Assembly: GCF_000017845.1 (NCBI RefSeq)
Contig: NC_010546.1
Location: forward strand, 4,410,001 to 4,442,000
Source: Crocosphaera subtropica ATCC 51142
Lineage (GTDB): Bacteria; Cyanobacteriota; Cyanobacteriia; Cyanobacteriales; Microcystaceae
Reading direction: 5' to 3'
Length of the DNA stretch: 32,000 bases
Positions 26,098 to 32,000 of the stretch are shown in pieces. Made by a program: the position numbers and the translations under genes. The notes below the pieces were generated by a model that was given only the letters and a program-made list of their open reading frames with translations, ran no database searches and was not told where the DNA came from. Numbering within the stretch: the first letter of the stretch is position 1; each line of letters begins with the position of its first letter.

Positions 26098-27897
26098 ATG
26101 ACTATTTTCGACAAATTTGACAGTATTTTCACCCAAGTTGAACAACTATGGCATCGTTTGCCGACCCCTTTAGCCTTAATCAAACTCCTAACCTTTCGCA
26201 ACGAACTACGAGAGAAAAACCTTCACGACACCTCTCAACTACCTGATAAACACCTGTTACCCCAACCCACCCCTGACCCTCAAGGTCATCACCTCACGGC
26301 CAGGACTGCAGATGGTAGTTTTAACGACTTAGAACACCCAGAAATGGGCATGGCCGGGACTCGTTTTGGTCGCAATATTCCCTTAACGGCCATTCAGCCA
26401 GAAACCCCACAACAACTAATGACCCCTAACCCCAGGGTGGTGAGTCGAACTTTAATGACCAGAGAGGACTTTAAACCGGCCACTATCCTCAATCTTTTGG
26501 CGGCCGCTTGGATTCAATTTGAAAACCATGATTGGTTTTCTCACGGGGATAATAAACCAGAGGATAAACTGGAAATCCCCCTAGAAGCTAACGATCCCTG
26601 GCCTGAGGAATATCGTCCCCTAGAAGTGGGGAAAACCCTTCCTGATACCTCCCGTCCCGAAGGGGCCAAACCGCCCACGTTTATCAATACCGTGACCCAC
26701 TGGTGGGATGGATCGCAAATTTATGGGAGTAACCCCGAAACCGTGGATCAGTTGCGATCGCACGAAGATGGTAAATTAATCATTGGAGAAAATGGCTTAC
26801 TACCTGTTGACCCAGAAACAGGGGTGGATATTACCGGGTTTAACGATAACTGGTGGATCGGGTTAGGGATGTTGCATACTCTATTTACCCGTGAACATAA
26901 CCTTATTTGTGACCATCTTAAACAAGAATATTCCCAATGGTCTGATGATGATTTATTTGACCACGCCCGTTTGATTAATGCAGCTTTGATGGCTAAAATT
27001 CATACGGTAGACTGGACTCCTGCCATCTTACCCCTACCCGCCACCGATATCGCCTTAAATGTGAACTGGAATGGATTTTTAGGGGAAGATATTAAGCAAG
27101 TCTTAGGAACCGTGGGAGAAGGAGAAATTGCTGACTTATTAACCGGTATTATTGGATCGGATAAAAATCACCATACCGCCCCTTATTATTTAACCGAAGA
27201 GTTTGTTTCTGTTTATCGAATGCACCCTTTAATCCCTGATGAACTCGAATTTCGCAGTTTAGAAGGGGATAAATTCTTACAAGAGGTTAACTTCTTCGAG
27301 ATGTCAGGAAAACGGACTCGGGCCTTATTAGAATCGATTTCGTTACCTGATTTATTTTACTCCTTTGGGATTACTCATCCAGGAGCTATTACCCTTCATA
27401 ATTATCCCCGTTTCTTGCAACAATTGGTCAGGGATAATGGAGAAGTTTTTGATCTCGCTGCAGTGGATATTTTACGCGATCGCGAACGGGGTGTTCCTCG
27501 TTATAACCGTTTCCGTGAAATCATGGGACGGGGAAGGGTGAAATGTTTTGAAGAAATCAGCAGCAATAAACAATGGGTCGAAGAAATGCGTCGGGTTTAT
27601 AACGATAATATCGATCAGGTGGATTTAATGGTGGGATTATTCGCCGAAGATACCCCAGAAGGGTTCGGGTTTAGTGATACGGCGTTTCGGGTCTTCATTT
27701 TAATGGCTTCCCGACGACTGAAAAGCGATCGCTTTTTTACAACAGATTACCGGGCTGAAATTTATACTCAATTCGGTCTAGACTGGATTGCTAATAACAA
27801 TATGGTATCTGTGTTGCAACGTCATTTTCCCCAACTTTCCCCTGTATTGTACGGGGTAGATAATGCTTTCAAACCGTGGCGCAGAGTTCCTTCTTAG
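26098..27897 (+). CDS. haem peroxidase-cyclooxygenase superfamily protein, plant alpha-dioxygenase-like fatty-acid dioxygenase
   Basis: Colinear alpha-DOX/COX motifs: AAAWIQFENHDWFSH (distal His, codon 26527-26529), HWWDGSQIYGSN, LHTLFTREHN, KIHTVDWTPAIL, EEFVSVYRMHPLIPD (catalytic Tyr codon 27214-27216, proximal His 27223-27225) and RDRERGVPRYNRFR. An alternative TTG start lies at 26056. Confidence 0.85.
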   Translation: MTIFDKFDSIFTQVEQLWHRLPTPLALIKLLTFRNELREKNLHDTSQLPDKHLLPQPTPDPQGHHLTARTADGSFNDLEHPEMGMAGTRFGRNIPLTAIQPETPQQLMTPNPRVVSRTLMTREDFKPATILNLLAAAWIQFENHDWFSHGDNKPEDKLEIPLEANDPWPEEYRPLEVGKTLPDTSRPEGAKPPTFINTVTHWWDGSQIYGSNPETVDQLRSHEDGKLIIGENGLLPVDPETGVDITGFNDNWWIGLGMLHTLFTREHNLICDHLKQEYSQWSDDDLFDHARLINAALMAKIHTVDWTPAILPLPATDIALNVNWNGFLGEDIKQVLGTVGEGEIADLLTGIIGSDKNHHTAPYYLTEEFVSVYRMHPLIPDELEFRSLEGDKFLQEVNFFEMSGKRTRALLESISLPDLFYSFGITHPGAITLHNYPRFLQQLVRDNGEVFDLAAVDILRDRERGVPRYNRFREIMGRGRVKCFEEISSNKQWVEEMRRVYNDNIDQVDLMVGLFAEDTPEGFGFSDTAFRVFILMASRRLKSDRFFTTDYRAEIYTQFGLDWIANNNMVSVLQRHFPQLSPVLYGVDNAFKPWRRVPS

Positions 27898-27937
27898 ATT
27901 ATTGGGCTTGGCTTTCTAACCAGAAATTAAAGGGTTG

Positions 27938-27979
27938 AATCGCTTCTTTGACTTTTTGAGAAGAAGCGATTACTTTTTG
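27938..27979 (+). terminator. rho-independent terminator after the haem dioxygenase gene
   Basis: Perfect 11-bp stem aatcgcttctt / aagaagcgatt with a 12-nt loop, followed by ACTTTTTG. Confidence 0.65.
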
Positions 27980-28150
27980 AGTTAGGAGTTCGGAGTATAG
28001 AACGTCATTAAACTAGTATTCGATCACTGTTCACTGATAACTGTCGTCCCCCTACCCCCCATTTCCTCAACTTTCAAAGTTCGCTACCATAACAAAGCAT
28101 GAAGGATAAACATTGCTACCCTACACCATTACAGGAGTTTGAAACCATTA

Positions 28151-29143
28151 ATGTCCACTCTGAAGCTAGATAAGCGTGACTGTCTCCAGTCTCTTCATTT
28201 TCCCCCATTACCTTTATCCCGTCCCTTACTTATGATTGGTCATGGAACCAGAGATAAGGACGGAAAACAAACTTTTCTTGACTTTGTAGCTGCTTATCAA
28301 GCATTAGATACGTCTCGCCCGGTTATTCCTTGTTTTTTAGAACTGACAGAACCCTACATCTCCGAAGGGGTAGATTATTGCGTGTCTCAAGGTTACACCG
28401 ATATTTCTGCTTTACCTATTCTTTTATTTGCTGCCCGTCATAACAAGTTTGATGTTACCAATGAACTCGATCGCACTCGACAACGTTACCCTGAGTTAAA
28501 CTTTCATTATGGTCGTCATTTTGGGATTACCCCTAACCTGTTAAAATTATGGCACGAACGCCTAGACGCTTTAGATCGCCCCGAAGCTAACCCTAAGCAA
28601 ATTAAACGGTCTGAGACTGTCTTATTGTTCGTTGGCAGGGGGTCTAGTGACCCGGATGCTAATGGAGATGTTTGCAAGTTAGCGAGAATGGTATGGGAAG
28701 GTAGCGGTTATCAAACCGTAGAAACCTGTTTTATCGGTATTACCCATCCTCGTCTTGAAGAAGGGTTTAGACGTGCCAGCTTTTATCAACCTAAGCGTAT
28801 TATTGTTTTACCCTATTTCTTGTTTACTGGGGCGTTGGTTAAAAAGATTTTTCGCATCACTGAAGAACAAAAAGCAGTTTATCCTCACATCGAAATGACT
28901 TGTTTACCTGAAATGGGTATCCATCCTCAACTACTACAAGTAGTCAGGGAACGAGAGTTAGAGATACAACAGGGACAAGTACAGATGAACTGTGAAATGT
29001 GCAAGTTTCGTCTAGCTGCGACGGATGATCATGGTCATTCCCATCATCATCATTCTCACGATCATTCCCATCATCATCATACTGCGATTGATCCTTATGC
29101 TAAGGTCGAAGACTATCATCAGCGTATTTGGAAAACCCCTTAA
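28151..29143 (+). CDS. cbiX: sirohydrochlorin cobaltochelatase, long form with a His-rich C-terminal tail
   Basis: Two CbiX half-domains ([10 protein letters not shown]..., [16 protein letters not shown]) and a C-terminal MNCEMCKFR...[17 protein letters not shown]. The ATG at 28151 is preferred over the TTG at 28139. Confidence 0.85.
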   Translation: MSTLKLDKRDCLQSLHFPPLPLSRPLLMIGHGTRDKDGKQTFLDFVAAYQALDTSRPVIPCFLELTEPYISEGVDYCVSQGYTDISALPILLFAARHNKFDVTNELDRTRQRYPELNFHYGRHFGITPNLLKLWHERLDALDRPEANPKQIKRSETVLLFVGRGSSDPDANGDVCKLARMVWEGSGYQTVETCFIGITHPRLEEGFRRASFYQPKRIIVLPYFLFTGALVKKIFRITEEQKAVYPHIEMTCLPEMGIHPQLLQVVRERELEIQQGQVQMNCEMCKFRLAATDDHGHSHHHHSHDHSHHHHTAIDPYAKVEDYHQRIWKTP

Positions 29144-29173
29144 TTTCAGTTAGCAGTGAATAGTTATCAGTTA

Positions 29174-30649
29174 CTATTTTGTAGCAGAATTATAGACTTT
29201 TTCGTTAGCTTTAACTGATTTGAAAAAGTCTACAACGGGGCGAGGATAGTCAACGCCTATTCTGACATTGTATCGTTTTTGTTCGTCTTGAGAAAGTTTC
29301 CAGGGTTCATGAATTTTATCCCCTGGAATCATTTTTAATTCGGGTAACCAATGTCTTAAATAGTCTCCTTTCGGGTCATAATCTTTTGATTGTTTAGGAA
29401 TATTAAAATAACGAAATCCTCTCGCATCATTTCCGACTCCTGCGGTATAATTCCAGTTTCCATAGTTACTACAAACATCATAATCAATTAATAATGATTC
29501 AAACCATTCAGCCCCCATTATCCAGTTAATTCCTAAATTTTTAGTGAGAAAACTTGCAACATTTTGTCTTCCTCTATTGGACATAAAACCTGTGGCTGCA
29601 ATTTCCCTCATATTGGCATCTACTAAAGGATAACCTGTCTTACTTTCTTGCCAAAGTTTAAACCTTTCTTTATCTTCTTTCCAAGGAATATCTAACCCTT
29701 GTAAACCTGATTCATAAAATATTTTATTACCATGTTTTGCACAAATAAAACGAAAATAGTCACGCCATAATAATTCAAAAATTAGCCAGTAAGTTGAATT
29801 ATTTTTAACTCTTGCGTCTTCATATTTCTGTACTTCTTCATAGATATAACGAGGAGATAAACAACCCTGTGCTAACCAAGGAGAAAACTTAGAAGAATAA
29901 TCCGCCCCTAACATTCCATTCCTGGTTTCTTTATATTCTTTAAGACAGTTTCTTTCCCAAAAGTATTCTTTTAATCGTTTAATTCCTCCCGTTTCCCCTC
30001 CTTTAAAGTTTAACATGCCTCTAGAATGATAGTCAGGTTTTTCTAATCCTAATTCTTCTAAAGTTGGAATTTTCCCTAGTTCAATATTAGGAAAAGGTAG
30101 TAATTTTATCGGAGTTATTAATGTGGGGTTTACCGTAGAACTTTTTTCAACTTTTTTACGAAAACTGGTAAAAACTTCTGGTAATTGATTCACTTCAAAA
30201 GGTAAATCATCCCAATGATATAATGTTGATCCCCAAAATCCTTGGACTTTAACTTTCAGAGGTTTTAAAGCTTGTTTGACTTCTTTTTCTACTGTAGTTT
30301 CTTCTGATGTTACTTCTTCATGAAAATAAACTGCATCTATTTCTAACTCTTTAATTAATTCAGGGATTATTTTTTCAGGATACCCTTTTCTAACAATTAA
30401 ATTACTGCCTAAGTCTTGTAAAGATTGGCGTAAGTTAGCAACACTTTCTAACAAAAATTGACCTCTAAAATTACCCGTTTTAGGAAAGCCATAAGAAGTA
30501 GTTTTAAATTGTCGAATATCAAAACAATACAAAGGAATTATTAAAGCACCCTCTTTAATAGCTTGATACATTGGTTCATGGTCATGAATTCGTAAATCAT
30601 TACGATACCAAATTAAAATTTTTTTATTAGACATACCCAATAATTTCAT
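29174..30649 (-). CDS. cry: cryptochrome DASH / photolyase-family flavoprotein
   Basis: 491 aa. ILIWYRNDLRIHDHEP, SKFSPWLAQGCLSPR, WRDYFRF, TGYPLVDANMREL-like (TGYPLVDANMREIAATGFMSNRGRQNVASFL) and DYDVCSNYGNWNY. An alternative ATG lies at 30634. Confidence 0.9.
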   Translation of the reverse strand: MKLLGMSNKKILIWYRNDLRIHDHEPMYQAIKEGALIIPLYCFDIRQFKTTSYGFPKTGNFRGQFLLESVANLRQSLQDLGSNLIVRKGYPEKIIPELIKELEIDAVYFHEEVTSEETTVEKEVKQALKPLKVKVQGFWGSTLYHWDDLPFEVNQLPEVFTSFRKKVEKSSTVNPTLITPIKLLPFPNIELGKIPTLEELGLEKPDYHSRGMLNFKGGETGGIKRLKEYFWERNCLKEYKETRNGMLGADYSSKFSPWLAQGCLSPRYIYEEVQKYEDARVKNNSTYWLIFELLWRDYFRFICAKHGNKIFYESGLQGLDIPWKEDKERFKLWQESKTGYPLVDANMREIAATGFMSNRGRQNVASFLTKNLGINWIMGAEWFESLLIDYDVCSNYGNWNYTAGVGNDARGFRYFNIPKQSKDYDPKGDYLRHWLPELKMIPGDKIHEPWKLSQDEQKRYNVRIGVDYPRPVVDFFKSVKANEKVYNSATK

Positions 30650-30792
30650 TTATTAAGATTTGTTAAGTATGATAACATTTTTACTCTAATATTTAAAATC
30701 CGCGTGTTTTTGGGCGATCGCATAGGGTTTATATAACAGTTAGAAATAGCAATCGCCATATTTCAAAATTTTTTACAAAATCATAAAATATC

Positions 30793-30822
30793 TAGACAAA
30801 TCTAGGTAAATCTGGTTATACT
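30793..30822 (+). promoter_or_regulatory. candidate sigma70-type promoter for the terminal ORF
   Basis: TAGACA (30793-30798), an 18-nt spacer, then TATACT (30817-30822). This is pattern-only evidence. The region also contains an aaatct direct repeat and a tctaga palindrome. Confidence 0.25.
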
Positions 30823-30846
30823 CGAAACAGCACTGAGGAAAAAGTC

Positions 30847-32000
30847 ATTTCTGAGTTTGTTAGTCCAAAAGAAGCAGCACAGAGTCTTGGGGTTAGCGTC
30901 GATACTTTGCGACGTTGGGAAAAAGCTGGAAAAATTAGTGCAATTAGAACGGCCGCAGGACATAGAAGATATGACGTTCATTCAGTACATAAACAGGACA
31001 CTCAAAATGATAGGGAGAAATATTGGGTGAATGAGGAAACAGTACAAAGAATTGCCAAGGGAATCTGTCAGTATCATCAAAATATAAACAGGCAAAAATT
31101 ATCTCAATATCCAGCTAATTTACAGTTAGCAGTCGATAAATTAATCATCAAGTGTTTGTTAACAAAAACAGAGCCTCTACAGGGAGTTCCAGATTTTCTT
31201 AATCGTTGGGCAAAACAGCTTTTGCAAGATTGGGATTTGGATATTAATTGTCCTGAAGATTGGCATAGTAAATCTTTAATAGAAGAACAAAAACCGAGTA
31301 ATTTTTGTGTTGAAACTGCAGAGGAATATTTAGAAGAATACGGTAATTTTCAAAGAAAGGTAGTTGAAAAGCTAAGATTAAAAGCTTTTTGCGATTGCGA
31401 TTTATATACTAAGTTTCGGCAATATATTATCGAACATCCTATAATTACTAAAGGTGAACTAGATACAACCGCTATTTTAGAGTTTTCATCATTAAAAGAA
31501 TTATTAATAGACTGTTACGAACTAGCACCAGAATCGTATAAAAAAGATGGTAATTTCTATTATTGCGGTCATTGTGGTGGTTTGATGTATTTAAAAAGTG
31601 ATGGTGATTTGCGATGTGAAAATCGTCATTGTTTGCAATATAAGAAAAAACCAATTCCTTTTAAAGCAGATAGTAACGATTTAGTTTTATGGTTAAAGCA
31701 AGATTTACGCTATTTTATGCACCGCCCTGGTAGACCAGAAGTAAGGTTATTTAATAAGCTAAAAAAATTAGATTTAAAAGAGGTAATTCTTTTTCCTAAC
31801 TTAGATATATACGATATACATTTAGTTTTTCCTGACGATACAGTTTGGGCGATTGATCTTAAGTTTTGGGAGTCAGCATATAACTTAGCTAAGAAAGTCG
31901 ATAAACCTATTCCACGTTGGAAAGAACAGCCTTACAACGAATGTTTTTTCATATTTCCTGATGAGATAAAACACTACAGTAAGGAATATATACAAGAATT
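30847..32000 (+). CDS. partial multi-domain protein with a MerR/IS607-type HTH, a zinc ribbon and a PD-(D/E)xK nuclease-like motif (3' end outside the window)
   Basis: The frame is open from 30796 (after TAG at 30793-30795) to the window end, so it is absent from the ORF track. HTH: SPKEAAQSLGVSVDTLRRWEKAGKISAIRTAAGHRRYD. Zinc ribbon: CGHC (31564-31575) and CENRHC (31615-31632). Nuclease motif: D(31813)...WAIDLK, with D at 31855 and K at 31861. There is no in-frame ATG/GTG/TTG ahead of the HTH. ATT at 30847 sits 7 nt after GAGGA (30835-30839) and is my tentative start. Confidence 0.6.
   Translation, partial: MSEFVSPKEAAQSLGVSVDTLRRWEKAGKISAIRTAAGHRRYDVHSVHKQDTQNDREKYWVNEETVQRIAKGICQYHQNINRQKLSQYPANLQLAVDKLIIKCLLTKTEPLQGVPDFLNRWAKQLLQDWDLDINCPEDWHSKSLIEEQKPSNFCVETAEEYLEEYGNFQRKVVEKLRLKAFCDCDLYTKFRQYIIEHPIITKGELDTTAILEFSSLKELLIDCYELAPESYKKDGNFYYCGHCGGLMYLKSDGDLRCENRHCLQYKKKPIPFKADSNDLVLWLKQDLRYFMHRPGRPEVRLFNKLKKLDLKEVILFPNLDIYDIHLVFPDDTVWAIDLKFWESAYNLAKKVDKPIPRWKEQPYNECFFIFPDEIKHYSKEYIQE

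Noticed and set aside
27898-28150. Cobalamin riboswitch upstream of cbiX.
   Set aside because: I could find no B12-box-like core (GCCACTG context) or the expected multi-stem architecture. The region is instead explained by the upstream gene's terminator hairpin and heptamer-type repeats. An Infernal scan would settle it.
1-32000. tRNA, rRNA, tmRNA, RNase P or SRP RNA genes in the intergenic gaps 330-1230, 16160-16521, 17851-18355, 22000-22454 and 24096-24578.
   Set aside because: There are no T-loop (GGTTCGAATCC-like) and acceptor-stem combinations, and I spotted no conserved cores such as the RNase P GAGGAAAGTCC. tRNAscan/Infernal would be the definitive check.

Overview
This window reads as a cyanobacterial chromosome segment. 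The evidence is at least 14 exact copies of the HIP1 palindrome GCGATCGC, together with ccmK, ndhD, a GUN4-domain gene, Cry-DASH, a TIGR03279/DUF512-type Fe-S protein and AT-rich heptamer repeats. I call about 25 protein-coding genes and found no rRNA, tRNA or CRISPR array. Most of the window is housekeeping: ccmK, a SUI1/YciH factor, ndhD, tpiA, folP, cbiX, an S8 protease and an O-antigen-ligase-like protein. Five modules look worth a second look. (1) 7000->2493, minus strand: a hybrid histidine kinase whose N-terminus aligns closely with the plant ETR1 ethylene-binding domain and which carries a phytochrome/CBCR-type GAF. It is followed by a REC-GGDEF-EAL regulator and a PF10014-type 2OG/Fe(II) dioxygenase. 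(2) 11385-14424: an arsM-arsS-TVP38 cluster, an arsenosugar-type pathway with an unassigned membrane partner. (3) 24579-27897: a PCMH-type FAD oxidase plus a plant alpha-dioxygenase/COX-like haem dioxygenase pair. (4) An ORF running off the right edge from about 30847. It combines a MerR/IS607-type HTH, a zinc ribbon and a PD-(D/E)xK nuclease motif and has no canonical start codon. It is the best candidate for the start of a defence or mobile island, but most of any such system would lie outside the window. (5) Small mobile-DNA debris: an ISL3 transposase zinc-finger remnant, a hairpin-forming MITE-like element present in 1.5 copies, and a 61-bp inverted-repeat insert flanked by 8-bp direct repeats between arsM and arsS. 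All homology statements come from my own recognition of motifs in the translations. No database search was run.
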